Shown: one piece after another, positions 6,489 to 16,308 of the stretch | How the letters are laid out: each line of letters opens with the position of its first letter | Position numbering within the stretch: the first letter of the stretch is position 1 | DNA from: a virus | Lineage: Duplodnaviria; Caudoviricetes | IMG/VR virus record: IMGVR_UViG_3300024529_000009 | Span: 1-30,802 of that record | Direction: 5' to 3' (one strand) | DNA: 30,802 nt | Made by a program: the position numbers and the translations under genes | Notes under the pieces: generated by a model | Seen by the model: the letters and a program-made list of their open reading frames with translations, nothing else | The model's database searches: none | What the model was told of the DNA's origin: nothing

Positions 6489-7541
6489 TTAGCTTCTTCC
6501 TTTCACCGACTGGATTCCTGATTGAACTGCGTTAATTGACCTGTCCGACTGAACATCTTCAAAGTCCTTAAAGTGAACTAATTCGCCGTCACTTCTTTTG
6601 AGTTGTTCCTGTCTTGCTTGAATCTTTGACCTAGACCTGCCGTCATTTAGGCCGTAAATATCGGAGGCGTCATCATTATTTTTCGCCATAAGCATAACTT
6701 CCTGAGCGTTTGCATTTTTTGAGCCTGCAAGGATACCTTCTGCTTCTGCTGCCTTCTTGTCTTTTTCATATTTTCTCTTTTGAACGATGAACCAACCATC
6801 TAAAGCGTAATCATCGTTTATGATAGCCTCTGCTGGAGACTCCGAGTTTTCATAAACATTGTCATACATCATCGCATAAGACACTAAAGAAAGCTGCTGA
6901 CCATCCATCTGGGTTGCACATTTGCCAAATATATCACCTCTTTTTTTAGAGCTTGCCCACATAGTTCTGAACGGTGAAGATCTAGCCACCCTTCTAAAAT
7001 CAGAAGGGGAAATGGTTTTTTCGCTGTATACGTCTAAGATCCTATTAGAAGAAATCTCTACAAAATCGTAAGGGTTTCCATCAATTGTTTTGGTTGTATT
7101 GGAAAGAATCCAAGACTTTCTTGTGAACCCGGCAACACCTTCGCACGTAAGGTGATCAAATTGCTTCTCTTTGGCAAGTGTTTTATTTATCAATTTTTCT
7201 GTCATTTTAATGTTATTCCTTATCCCGGCAGCTTCCTTCTTCTTAAAAAAGTTCATGAATAATTGAACTTTTAAATCTTCGTTATTACTTTCTAGTTCTT
7301 TTACGGCTTTCTTATCTAAAGGATTCCACAAATCCATTTCGCAAAGCAGATTTACAGCGTCATCTTTTAAATAGCAACCTGAGAAGTATGCTTTTCTTTT
7401 AGCTTCTTCATAAACCTCGTAAGATTCCTCTAAAACAAAGCTATCTGGCTCATAAATAAACAGAACAAGGTCGTCCACTTTGATTCGCAGACGACCTTGG
7501 ATAATTCTGTTTAAAATTTGCTCATAGTAAATATCATCCAA
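6489..7541 (-). CDS. Putative tail assembly chaperone (350 aa)
   Basis: Immediately after tail tube; shares an N-terminal domain with the 320-aa protein; distinct C-terminal YDNVYENSESP...DDYALDGWF segment. Confidence 0.6.
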   Translation of the reverse strand: MDDIYYEQILNRIIQGRLRIKVDDLVLFIYEPDSFVLEESYEVYEEAKRKAYFSGCYLKDDAVNLLCEMDLWNPLDKKAVKELESNNEDLKVQLFMNFFKKKEAAGIRNNIKMTEKLINKTLAKEKQFDHLTCEGVAGFTRKSWILSNTTKTIDGNPYDFVEISSNRILDVYSEKTISPSDFRRVARSSPFRTMWASSKKRGDIFGKCATQMDGQQLSLVSYAMMYDNVYENSESPAEAIINDDYALDGWFIVQKRKYEKDKKAAEAEGILAGSKNANAQEVMLMAKNNDDASDIYGLNDGRSRSKIQARQEQLKRSDGELVHFKDFEDVQSDRSINAVQSGIQSVKGRS

Positions 7542-7563
7542 GTCCTAGTCCTTTACTAATTAC

Positions 7564-8595
7564 CTACAAAGTTACATAACTTGAGCCATCGTCAACAAGC
7601 AGATCGTTAAAGTTAGTGTAAGAATAACTAACGGTAGCGTTTCCTCCACCTGTGTCACCGCCCGAGTAGGAGATCGAAGAAAGCAAATTCTTGTCCCCAA
7701 GTGAAATTACGGTTCCGGCGTCATCTTTGATCTCGATTGTTTGCTTATACAAGTTTGTATTGATCCCTGAAACACTTTTCAGATCACCAGAGGTTGCGAT
7801 AACCTCAAACTCGGTACTAATCTCAATCGGGAAGGTTACGAACTTGGCATAAGGACCAAACCGTCCCAGCTCAAGAATGTTCTCTTGTCCGAAATCTGCA
7901 CTAACAGAAATGCTCTGTATGTGATAATTCCCACGATCATCTCCACCCGCATCAGGATTAGCGAGGTCACCCTCTTGCCCCTTAACGAGATCGGGAATCG
8001 TGGAGCTGAACAGATCAACATTCACTCTACGCTGAACACCGGATTCCGGTTCGTCGTCACCAAACTCGCCGTTGGTGATTTGAGCGAATCGGGCAGTGGC
8101 ATCCACACCGGCTTGCGTGTTTCCTTGAGCGTTCCAGTATCGGTCATTTCCGACCAAACTCATCGACTCAGTTGCATTTCCGTCAACGCTGTACGAATAG
8201 GAAACGCTAGATATGTAGCAACCCGAGTTCCAACATACGTTACGAGCTTCACCAGTAGCGTTTGATTGACTGTCATCGAAAACCGCAAGCCAAACGTCTG
8301 CTCGGCTTTTAACAGCGGCAACCAAGTCAGTCTTAGCTTTACCGTTCGACGCCAATGTAAACAGCAGACTTTCTCCGTCGATAACCTTTTCAAGTGACAC
8401 TTCGATATCTGCGACATCTTCAACGTTTTCATAAAGTCCAAGCTGTCCGATTTCAAAAATCTGATCCAGCGAAAAATTGGAATTCATTCCAACACTTTGA
8501 AGACCTCTGGCGATGTTTACCGCTAGGGGTGTATATCCAGTAGGAACGATTGCCACAGCTTGACAAGCGTAGAAAATTCTGTCATTTCTAGCCAT
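7564..8595 (-). CDS. Major tail tube protein (343 aa)
   Basis: Beta-rich and acidic, with tail-tube-like segments (GLQSVGMNSNFSLDQIFEIGQLGLYE; ISSVSYSYSVDGNATESMSLVG); strong AGGAG RBS; placed before chaperones and TMP. Confidence 0.75.
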   Translation of the reverse strand: MARNDRIFYACQAVAIVPTGYTPLAVNIARGLQSVGMNSNFSLDQIFEIGQLGLYENVEDVADIEVSLEKVIDGESLLFTLASNGKAKTDLVAAVKSRADVWLAVFDDSQSNATGEARNVCWNSGCYISSVSYSYSVDGNATESMSLVGNDRYWNAQGNTQAGVDATARFAQITNGEFGDDEPESGVQRRVNVDLFSSTIPDLVKGQEGDLANPDAGGDDRGNYHIQSISVSADFGQENILELGRFGPYAKFVTFPIEISTEFEVIATSGDLKSVSGINTNLYKQTIEIKDDAGTVISLGDKNLLSSISYSGGDTGGGNATVSYSYTNFNDLLVDDGSSYVTL

Positions 8596-8645
8596 TTTAT
8601 TCTCCTTAGAATGTATTTAAGTCCTCTGGTAAAAGACTAATACTA

Positions 8646-8656
8646 TATACGCACAA
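8646..8656 (-). promoter_or_regulatory. Variant motif TTGTGCGTATA upstream of tail tube
   Basis: Degenerate copy of the recurrent intergenic motif. Confidence 0.45.
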
Positions 8657-8661
8657 AAAAA

Positions 8662-9648
8662 TTAAACGGGACCAATTTCGGTAGAACAGCGAGCAACCCC
8701 CATATAAAGATCAACAGAAAGTTGTGTTACACCGGCCCCTTTAGAGTTATGAATCCAGCACTTTCTGTACGGATAATTTTCTACCAAGCTAGGATATATT
8801 CCGCTTGCTCTAGCGTGACCTCTTAACTCCCTTTGCCTACCATTTTCAAAAGTATAAGGAGAGACACCAGAAGCCGCAACATCGGTAGAGTCGAATAATT
8901 TTATGCTTCGGTCATTCTGAGAAATTACAGTATCCATTAAATTTACCGTTTCCCAGTGATTTTCGCTCATAATATAGAACACAACATCTGGCCTTACCCA
9001 CTGACCGCCACCAAGCTGGTAGCCCTGAGTGCTTTGAGCAGGCACGACCTCTACAGCTATAGCAGGAAGTTGTACCCTTGTCTGTCCGAGATGAACCCAT
9101 CCACCAGAACCATAAACCTGAAAATTTGACTCATTTCTAAAAGAATTAGTTTGCAATTGCTGAAACCAAGATATGCCCTTGGCCGGAACAACCTGAACCC
9201 TTTTATGACTATAAGATATGGTAACATCGCTAGTAGTAGATTGGGCAGAATCGAAAACAACCCTGCCTAAGTCATAATCTATGTAAAAAGGCTTTGAAAC
9301 ATTGTCAATTGCATAAAAGGAACCATCAACAAAAACGCCCGATGGACTAATTGGCTGTTCTGTTGTTCCGTCTACACTGCCACTACCTTCCCATACCCAG
9401 TTCTGTCTGTATCCTTCCCAGACCTGACCATCGTTGTAGTTAGGGGAATCTACAAGTCTTAATTTGTGACGATCACCGCCATATATACCACTCTGAGGAA
9501 TCTCTATGTTGTAGAAACCTCCCTTATCTAGCAGACCCCAGTCGTAGAAATTTATAAAATTATCCAAAACCAACTCGGAAAGGGTGGCATCAGTAGCCTT
9601 GTCTTGTCCCCAAGCTAGATTTAGTTTAGTTGTATTGTCTCCGGGCAT
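8662..9648 (-). CDS. Putative tail terminator/completion protein (328 aa)
   Basis: Directly before the tail tube; C-terminal half has a terminator-like pattern (QLPAIAVEVV...GYQLGGG...DVVFYIMSE). Confidence 0.55.
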   Translation of the reverse strand: MPGDNTTKLNLAWGQDKATDATLSELVLDNFINFYDWGLLDKGGFYNIEIPQSGIYGGDRHKLRLVDSPNYNDGQVWEGYRQNWVWEGSGSVDGTTEQPISPSGVFVDGSFYAIDNVSKPFYIDYDLGRVVFDSAQSTTSDVTISYSHKRVQVVPAKGISWFQQLQTNSFRNESNFQVYGSGGWVHLGQTRVQLPAIAVEVVPAQSTQGYQLGGGQWVRPDVVFYIMSENHWETVNLMDTVISQNDRSIKLFDSTDVAASGVSPYTFENGRQRELRGHARASGIYPSLVENYPYRKCWIHNSKGAGVTQLSVDLYMGVARCSTEIGPV

Positions 9649-10268
9649 TAGAACGCTCCTTTTAGTATCTTAGTGATCTGTGACTCTATGCCAGAAACAG
9701 CCTTGGTTATAAAGTTATCATCTCTAGTTCCAGCAAAAGCACTATTTACCTTGTATGGAGCAAATTTACTGCTCATTCTAGCTTCACCAGATCTAGAGTT
9801 TGAATAGGCTCCAAACTGAACGCCGAAATCAAAAATTATAACAGAGTCACCTAAAGTTAACAACCACTCTAACCAAGGAAGGCTACCTCCTTCTATCGGC
9901 TGATTGGCAACATTCAACGACAAAAGATTTTCAAAACTCGCTGGCTGCATTATGATCCTGAGTCCACCAGTCAAGTTTTTTGAAGTTATAGGAAAATACT
10001 GAACTTTTATAGTGGAAAGTATGGCCTGAACTATGGCATCGGTAGGGTCTGAATCAAGGCCAAACTCAGCACGAAGCACTCCGCTTTGCAAAGATAGAAT
10101 TTCTGGACTAGACATAAGTGCCCCAGCAATCAACGGCTTGAGTTGTGACCTTACCTTTGGAATGTTTTTAGGAACATTTTTATTGGCACTGTCTGCTATG
10201 GCCTTATTTACCTTTTTCTTGAACTGGTTTTCAGTCTCTATCAGTTTTACGCTTGCCTTCCTAACCAT
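9648..10268 (-). CDS. Putative neck/tail completion protein (206 aa)
   Basis: Basic N-terminal helix, LPWLEWLL..G segment and GT..NFITKAV end, reminiscent of HK97 gp10-like neck proteins; synteny. Confidence 0.5.
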   Translation of the reverse strand: MVRKASVKLIETENQFKKKVNKAIADSANKNVPKNIPKVRSQLKPLIAGALMSSPEILSLQSGVLRAEFGLDSDPTDAIVQAILSTIKVQYFPITSKNLTGGLRIIMQPASFENLLSLNVANQPIEGGSLPWLEWLLTLGDSVIIFDFGVQFGAYSNSRSGEARMSSKFAPYKVNSAFAGTRDDNFITKAVSGIESQITKILKGAF

Positions 10269-10783
10269 TATGAATTAGCTCTTTTCCAAAAGGTTACAAC
10301 GTACTTAGTCTCGTTCTGCTTGAATCCTTGTGGAAAAGAAGTTCCAGCTTTTTCATATCTAGCATTAGCTTCATAGTTTTCTATTCCATCATAGGAAGGA
10401 ATCATGTACTTACACTTTTCTATCTTTTCAAGATCTGTCATAAAACCAATAGTCTGAACCCCTCCGTTTGGAACATTTATCTCAGCACCGGTTTTGACCC
10501 AGTTTTTTCTGTCCCAATAAATTCTTAATGTAATTGTGTCACTAGACTCTACAGCTTTGTAACCCTTTCCGCCACAGTAGGGACAGGGCATACCCCTTTC
10601 AAAAGGGTAGGGACCGCCAACCTGATAAATGCTGGCAGACCTATTTCTTGTACCCATTGCCCCAAGAATACAGTTGGGACAATCCTCTTTAAATTCAGGA
10701 TATACCAACCTAGCAGTTCTTGTGAAAAGCAAAAGTGCTTCATTGAACTTATCGAAAGCACACTTAGGTATATTGAAAGCCAT
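10268..10783 (-). CDS. Putative head closure protein with Zn-finger insertion (171 aa)
   Basis: CPNC...CPYCGGKG; position in the head-tail joining cluster. Confidence 0.5.
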   Translation of the reverse strand: MAFNIPKCAFDKFNEALLLFTRTARLVYPEFKEDCPNCILGAMGTRNRSASIYQVGGPYPFERGMPCPYCGGKGYKAVESSDTITLRIYWDRKNWVKTGAEINVPNGGVQTIGFMTDLEKIEKCKYMIPSYDGIENYEANARYEKAGTSFPQGFKQNETKYVVTFWKRANS

Positions 10784-11220
10784 TAGATAATCCTGTATGT
10801 TAAATGCCCGCCCAAGTTTCCAGCAGAATTTGTAATATTTAGAGCTTCGCCTTTACTTGTTAGCATTAGCCCGTTGTCGTCGCCGTTTGACGAAACCCCA
10901 CCATTTGCAGCAATAGCCATTGCCCCAGACATGGCTGTTGTATCGCTCTTGAAAGTTACAGTAGAAGCTGCGTCGGCAACAAATACATAACTAAGAACCT
11001 CAATCTGCCTGCCCGCAATAGCAGCTACCACCTCTTGAGTTTCGACAGCAGCACTGATCTCAGCGTACAAAGTAATTCCATACATATTGTAGTCGTGAGG
11101 CAGGTTTTGTCGATTCAGGGCGGGATTTGGCAGTTCTGAAACAACGCCGGTTGGAGTTGTAAACGTTACAGCCCCACCTTCATTAAACCCATTTCCGCCG
11201 ATAATTTTTACAGAAGTCAT
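10783..11220 (-). CDS. Hypothetical beta-rich virion protein (145 aa)
   Basis: GGAG RBS; 1-nt overlap with next gene; Ala/Gly/Thr-rich. Confidence 0.65.
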   Translation of the reverse strand: MTSVKIIGGNGFNEGGAVTFTTPTGVVSELPNPALNRQNLPHDYNMYGITLYAEISAAVETQEVVAAIAGRQIEVLSYVFVADAASTVTFKSDTTAMSGAMAIAANGGVSSNGDDNGLMLTSKGEALNITNSAGNLGGHLTYRII

Positions 11221-11245
11221 ATTTCTTTCTCCGGGTAACTAAATG

Positions 11246-11746
11246 TTAATAAAAGCCGCCATTGTTGCGGTTCTGAGCAACGCCCCAACTTCCGGGACTA
11301 TAAGGACCAAGAACGGCGGTCCCGATAGGAGATCCACCATCGCCCTTTTCGTATTGGTATTTTGTTATCAGTTCTTCGTACTTTGAACACAACGTCTGCT
11401 GTAGACCAGACAGGCTTGCTGCAATTCCACGAAGATCAACGGCACTGGGACCATCTCTCATAGAAATGGCATTACAGGATTCCGTCTTTACTTCGCTGCC
11501 TATAAGGATGCAGGCACTTTTGTATACTGTTAAAACGGCAAAGTCAGAATCTCCTGTGGAAATAGGATCAGGAGTCAAGGAAACCTGACCAACGCTGACT
11601 ATATATGTGTTCACAAAAACCGCTTCATTCTGAACGTTATAGGCTCCAATTACCAAAACCTGTTTTAGTCGCTCGTCTGTGTAACTTGAACTGTCAAGAT
11701 CTCCAATAATAGATCTTAACATCAATACCATATCTACTTGCCACAT
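11246..11746 (-). CDS. Putative head-tail adaptor (166 aa)
   Basis: LRSIIGDLDSSSYTDERL N-terminus and helix/beta-hairpin/helix pattern typical of head-tail adaptor proteins. Confidence 0.6.
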   Translation of the reverse strand: MWQVDMVLMLRSIIGDLDSSSYTDERLKQVLVIGAYNVQNEAVFVNTYIVSVGQVSLTPDPISTGDSDFAVLTVYKSACILIGSEVKTESCNAISMRDGPSAVDLRGIAASLSGLQQTLCSKYEELITKYQYEKGDGGSPIGTAVLGPYSPGSWGVAQNRNNGGFY

Positions 11747-11755
11747 AATTATACC

Positions 11756-12085
11756 CTACAGATTTTCGTAAACTTTAAATGAACCCACGTCTGATCGAAA
11801 AACCCCTCCACCTATTCCTATTTTTGCCTGTAGTCGCCAAGTTCCGATTTCGTTGAGGTCACCGTCAACAGTTGTGTATTTGATTTTTCCGTCTGAACCA
11901 TCCGTGACCAGACCCGCACTCTTGGTAGTTGATACACCAGAAGGTGACTTAAAAATAAGCTCCAAGGTTGACGCCCCGGAAACATCAAGCACTGTAGGAG
12001 TTCCAGAAACACAATCCTTGATAGTTACCAAAAATTCAGTTCCTATATCGTTGTAATGTACTTCTTCTTCTGAGCAAGTTGCCAT
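11756..12085 (-). CDS. BppU N-terminal-like (Ig-like) virion protein (109 aa)
   Basis: NDIGTEFLVTIKD...LDVSGA...FKSPSG...DGKIKYT...GDLNEIGTWRLQ...FKVYENL matches the BppU_N pattern as I recall it. Confidence 0.65.
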   Translation of the reverse strand: MATCSEEEVHYNDIGTEFLVTIKDCVSGTPTVLDVSGASTLELIFKSPSGVSTTKSAGLVTDGSDGKIKYTTVDGDLNEIGTWRLQAKIGIGGGVFRSDVGSFKVYENL

Positions 12086-12087
12086 AA

Positions 12088-12297
12088 TTATCTCTCTACT
12101 GTGAATTCTAATTGGCGATTAATTTCTAGTTCATCATCCACCTGTCTATTTATACTCAATTCTTGTTCTATTTGCGTTTGAATTTCCAATGTAAACTCTA
12201 GACCCGTATCCACACCGACAGAAAATTCAATCTGATCCGGTCTAAAATACGAATTAGCCTCTTGAAACCAGAGCGGCAATAATGAACCATCTATCAT
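12088..12297 (-). CDS. Small acidic protein with 10-aa periodic repeats (69 aa)
   Basis: Fills the gap with 1-2 nt spacing; decamer repeats visible. Confidence 0.7.
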   Translation of the reverse strand: MIDGSLLPLWFQEANSYFRPDQIEFSVGVDTGLEFTLEIQTQIEQELSINRQVDDELEINRQLEFTVER

Positions 12298-12298
12298 C

Positions 12299-13180
12299 TT
12301 AATTATCCACTAAAATTATGTCTGCGTTGGCGGTAATAGCTGCTGTAGTTGACGCTTCTCCAACCATCCAAATATCAGTTTTTTCATTGAATGGTCCGAG
12401 AGTGGTAGGCTCTGGTTGTGTAGCCTGACCAGAAACTTCCGAAAAGGACAAGACAACACGCCTAGCCGAGTAAGGAGCGACAGTCTCATCTGCATTATCT
12501 TTTCTATACAAAACTACAGAAGCGTCCTGATTTGAAGAAACGTAAACATTTGTCTGTGTGATATATGCAGTTTTTCCAGCAGGAACAGTATAGATCATTT
12601 GCTCTGATTGTCCTTGCTGTACGTCGATATGAGCAACCGTGACACTCCCCGCAGTAGATTCAATCGTTATTTCTCCAACGTTTCCAGAATGAGATGTGCC
12701 CATCTGAGATACGAAAACTCTATTAACCCTTATGAAACTATTGGTCGTGGGATCACTAGCGAAGGTGCCATTTAAGCTGACGGTTTCAGTTATCTCATTA
12801 AAGCTTGAATCCAAACCTGAAATTGTAATTTGCCTAGCCCCACTTCCAGCGGAATCATCATTAGCATTTCCTGCTGCAACCCGCAAAGTTGACGCAGCGG
12901 ATAAAAATGTATAATTTCCTCCTAGGGTCCAAATGAATTCAGGACTATTGCCGACCGTAAGGTTCGCACCAAACTTATGCTCGCAAGAAAATTTAGGGAC
13001 AATGCCGCGACGAATAGCCACATGGTCAACCATAGGCACAGGATTATCAACACTGACATCCCCATCGTTGTTACCATCGGCACCCAGAACCATCTTAGAA
13101 CGTGGATACTTCACGCCCAGAATTTCATCTGCTGCAATATTTGCACCCGCTCCGGGGGTAATTGGTACATTGTCTGCCAT
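12299..13180 (-). CDS. Putative virion structural protein (293 aa)
   Basis: Beta-rich, Gly/Ser/Thr-rich; short N-terminal module (MADNVPITPGAG...DVSVDNPVP) plus KFG.N...GAR.I.I.GLD domain. Confidence 0.65.
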   Translation of the reverse strand: MADNVPITPGAGANIAADEILGVKYPRSKMVLGADGNNDGDVSVDNPVPMVDHVAIRRGIVPKFSCEHKFGANLTVGNSPEFIWTLGGNYTFLSAASTLRVAAGNANDDSAGSGARQITISGLDSSFNEITETVSLNGTFASDPTTNSFIRVNRVFVSQMGTSHSGNVGEITIESTAGSVTVAHIDVQQGQSEQMIYTVPAGKTAYITQTNVYVSSNQDASVVLYRKDNADETVAPYSARRVVLSFSEVSGQATQPEPTTLGPFNEKTDIWMVGEASTTAAITANADIILVDN

Positions 13181-13191
13181 TTTTTTTAATC

Positions 13192-13374
13192 CTATCTATA
13201 TAGTTCTAATTCTAACATTCTGTTTACATGCAACATAAACTGAATGATGTCTGGGTTTGTTACAAGTTCTTCAAAGCCGTACCAGCCAAAGGTTGATATC
13301 AGCGTAAGATCGTCTGCGACCGGGGTTGAAGGAAACCAGCCAAAAGTGGAAACCGCTTGTAGGTCTACAGCCAT
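13192..13374 (-). CDS. Small protein with duplicated STFGW motif (60 aa)
   Basis: TAATG coupling with the upstream gene; DLQAVSTFGWF / DLTLISTFGWY. Confidence 0.7.
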   Translation of the reverse strand: MAVDLQAVSTFGWFPSTPVADDLTLISTFGWYGFEELVTNPDIIQFMLHVNRMLELELYR

Positions 13375-16304
13375 TAACTTCGCGTCCTTTCGTTACCGGT
13401 TTTGGTGAGAACAAATCTTGGAGTTACATTATCTCTATCATAAAAAGTAAATGTTCCAACAGGACTTTCTACTATTTTTCCATTAGCCATACTCCATAGG
13501 TCATTCATAACGCTGCCCATAGAATCAGCCGCATCGAGATCTGACGCCAATGCCGACCAAACATCTTCCATAATATACTCAGGAGCCACAAGCTCGTCTC
13601 TATCTACAACAGCAGTTCCGCCACTATTGTCTATAAGTTCACCCACTCCAAATACACGAATACTGCCATCAGTAACAGTGCTGTCTAGTTCTACTCTGGC
13701 TCCATTCAAAGCAAGAGACATAGGTTCTGGACCTGTTTTGTTAATGATTTTAATTTCGCCACAAAACTCTCTAAAGGCTACACCTTGCCCACTTCCAGCA
13801 CAATCTAAAATTGGAATGTCTGTACCGGGATTTGGGGCAGAGACGGCGACACATTTGTTAAACATGCCGATTCCTGCCCCGCCCAAAGTGTTGGTTCCTT
13901 CACGGATAACGCATTGCTCAAAGTGACCAATCAATCCAGTCACATTTTTAAGTGCCACTTGTGTGATGTAAGTATTTCCTGTGAGTGTGCCTGTAAGTAG
14001 CATGTTTTGGAATTCGCAGTTATTAGTGCTTACGCCACTACCAACAGTAAGGGTTGTAGTTCTTGGGCTTCTGCCAAAGAATTTGATATCGTCATGGTCT
14101 ACTGTAAGGGTTACATGACTCTCTATTTCTACTTTTCTGATATTATTGGCTTGATAAACCACCTTAGCATCTGCATCATTATTACATGGAAGTCGAACTG
14201 TACCATGAGGGAAGAACGTTCCGGTCGTTGCCTCATTAGCATCAATATAAACTCTACCATCAATAAACTCAGAAAACTGAACGCCATCTGGATTGATGAG
14301 TCTGTTTTCAATAGTAGCACCGCCCGAAAACTCTGGATTTAGCCAGTCGGCAGTACCATTCATAATAATTGTACCAGCGGTACATGAATTTTCTATGGTT
14401 ATTTTACCAGACAAAAAGTTGATCTCAAAAATCTGGGATGGATCAATCATATTTCTAATAACGTAATCACCATGAGCATTTTCAAAGTCAACCTCGCAAG
14501 GATCGCCAGCATGACTTGCAAAGTCTATAACAATATCCGTATTTGGGAAGATAGGGGTAACATTATTGAACAAAATATTACAACCTCCTCCAACTGATAT
14601 AGTACCCCCCAAAGCGACTACGTTAGCCTGACCATCAACCCCTGATGCGTTTTGTATACCGCAGCTTTCAAGAAAAAAGTAACCACCATTTTGCGTACCA
14701 GTCAAAATCGTCTTAATAAAGTTTGTAGAACCAACACTAAAGTTATTCATATCAAACACCGGAAGGTTTTGACCAGTAATAGTGTAGCCATCAATATTTC
14801 TATCTAACGTCACATTACCTAAGATTTGAATATGCGTAAGACTTCTATCATCAAGTGCCCCAATAGCGTCTGGGAAGTTGTTGAATGGAGAACCTTGGTA
14901 GCCGTTTCCATTTGTTGCAGCAGTCCCTTTGAGAAACACGCTACGAATAACCTGACCATGAGTTTCATCAACGCGAGTAAAGATGGTTTCATCAATGATC
15001 GTCGCACCGCCAGCATATGAGAATTTATTATCCCACTTTCCCACACCCCGAAGAGTAATAGTTCCATCTGTCACATCATTGTCTATCTCAATATCGCCAG
15101 AGGCCAAGTCAAGAAAAGCCGCTTCTGGGCCTGTTTTATTTTTAAGACAAATCGCACCATTCCAGTTGGTTACAATTAAACCAGTACCCGCTCCACCAAA
15201 ATCGAGACATGGCCTAACCTGCGAACCCTCATAACAGTCTAGCAGTTGCAAGGTGCTTGCACCACTAAGCGTTATATCACCAACCAAACCGCTATTTCTA
15301 ACAACACCATCAACAAAATTAAGATCTTGTGCTACGGCGTTTTCGATAACAGAATTGCCATCCAGAACACCTGTAACAGTACAGTTTGTAAATTCACTAG
15401 AGATTACGCTTGCACTGCTATCAATGGTGATTGTTGATCTAGCGGTAGACTGACCTTCAAAAACAAAATTATCAAAAGTGTCAGTGGATAATGTGATATT
15501 ACCACTTATGAAAAATTTTGAAAGACCCCTTGTTTGGGCAATCAACAAAGCGTCTGCCATATTGTTTACAGGCTGTCTGGATGTGCCAGTTGGAAACGCT
15601 GTGCCAGTATTAGCACACAGAACGTCAACCGTCACACCGCCATTGAAACTAGAATACTGAATATCTTGAGATTCTGAAAGTGTGGCAGATGAAGAAGCAG
15701 TTCGGACGATTTGGGTAAAAGCTGTTGGTACAACAGAAGAAATCTGAACATCGTTTTCATCTTCTGCTACTAGGTTTCCGCCCGCGATGTTACACTGAAC
15801 GATATTAAAAACTTGATAAGAATCGCCAAGTTCAAATTCGTTATCAGAGCCATTAACAAGAGATCTTGTAATTATAGTATTAGCGTCTATAACATCGTAA
15901 ACGTCTGCGATGCTATTATCCGTAAAGTTAATTACCAAAGAACCCCTAGCAATTCCAGCAGTTACAAAATCAGCAGAAGAGTCCGCGAAGGTTTGTAAAC
16001 CGTTTACCTCAGTACCACTGGCTGTAGTAACAGTTCCGATCTCCGCAGGCGTCCTTCTTGCTTCAAAAGACACTTGAGCATCTTGTAGGTTGGCCGTGAT
16101 ACCGACCAGAACGCCACCGCCGAGGTCTTCTTTACCGGCAGCATCAATAAGTTTATCAAAGGCTAAACCTTCTGCAAAACCTTCTTCTGATATTCTTAAT
16201 GTATCAATGAGATCCTGCAATACTAGCTCAGTAGACGGAGAAGCAACCTCCACAACTCTTGGAGACGGTTGGTAGTCTACATTAATATCTTCTCTTGTAG
16301 TCAT
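13374..16304 (-). CDS. Large acidic putative fibre/spike protein with three internal ~230-aa beta-helix-like repeats (976 aa)
   Basis: Long ORF rich in Asn/Gly/Thr/Ile; repeated cap motif GTSRQPVNNMADA / GYQGSPFNNFPDA / GTVRLPCNNDADA. Confidence 0.7.
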   Translation of the reverse strand: MTTREDINVDYQPSPRVVEVASPSTELVLQDLIDTLRISEEGFAEGLAFDKLIDAAGKEDLGGGVLVGITANLQDAQVSFEARRTPAEIGTVTTASGTEVNGLQTFADSSADFVTAGIARGSLVINFTDNSIADVYDVIDANTIITRSLVNGSDNEFELGDSYQVFNIVQCNIAGGNLVAEDENDVQISSVVPTAFTQIVRTASSSATLSESQDIQYSSFNGGVTVDVLCANTGTAFPTGTSRQPVNNMADALLIAQTRGLSKFFISGNITLSTDTFDNFVFEGQSTARSTITIDSSASVISSEFTNCTVTGVLDGNSVIENAVAQDLNFVDGVVRNSGLVGDITLSGASTLQLLDCYEGSQVRPCLDFGGAGTGLIVTNWNGAICLKNKTGPEAAFLDLASGDIEIDNDVTDGTITLRGVGKWDNKFSYAGGATIIDETIFTRVDETHGQVIRSVFLKGTAATNGNGYQGSPFNNFPDAIGALDDRSLTHIQILGNVTLDRNIDGYTITGQNLPVFDMNNFSVGSTNFIKTILTGTQNGGYFFLESCGIQNASGVDGQANVVALGGTISVGGGCNILFNNVTPIFPNTDIVIDFASHAGDPCEVDFENAHGDYVIRNMIDPSQIFEINFLSGKITIENSCTAGTIIMNGTADWLNPEFSGGATIENRLINPDGVQFSEFIDGRVYIDANEATTGTFFPHGTVRLPCNNDADAKVVYQANNIRKVEIESHVTLTVDHDDIKFFGRSPRTTTLTVGSGVSTNNCEFQNMLLTGTLTGNTYITQVALKNVTGLIGHFEQCVIREGTNTLGGAGIGMFNKCVAVSAPNPGTDIPILDCAGSGQGVAFREFCGEIKIINKTGPEPMSLALNGARVELDSTVTDGSIRVFGVGELIDNSGGTAVVDRDELVAPEYIMEDVWSALASDLDAADSMGSVMNDLWSMANGKIVESPVGTFTFYDRDNVTPRFVLTKTGNERTRS

Positions 16305-16308
16305 AGTC

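Noticed and set aside
11173-11187. FNEGG near the N-terminus of the 145-aa protein as a processing site
   Set aside because: A single match in a Gly-rich protein; chance cannot be excluded.
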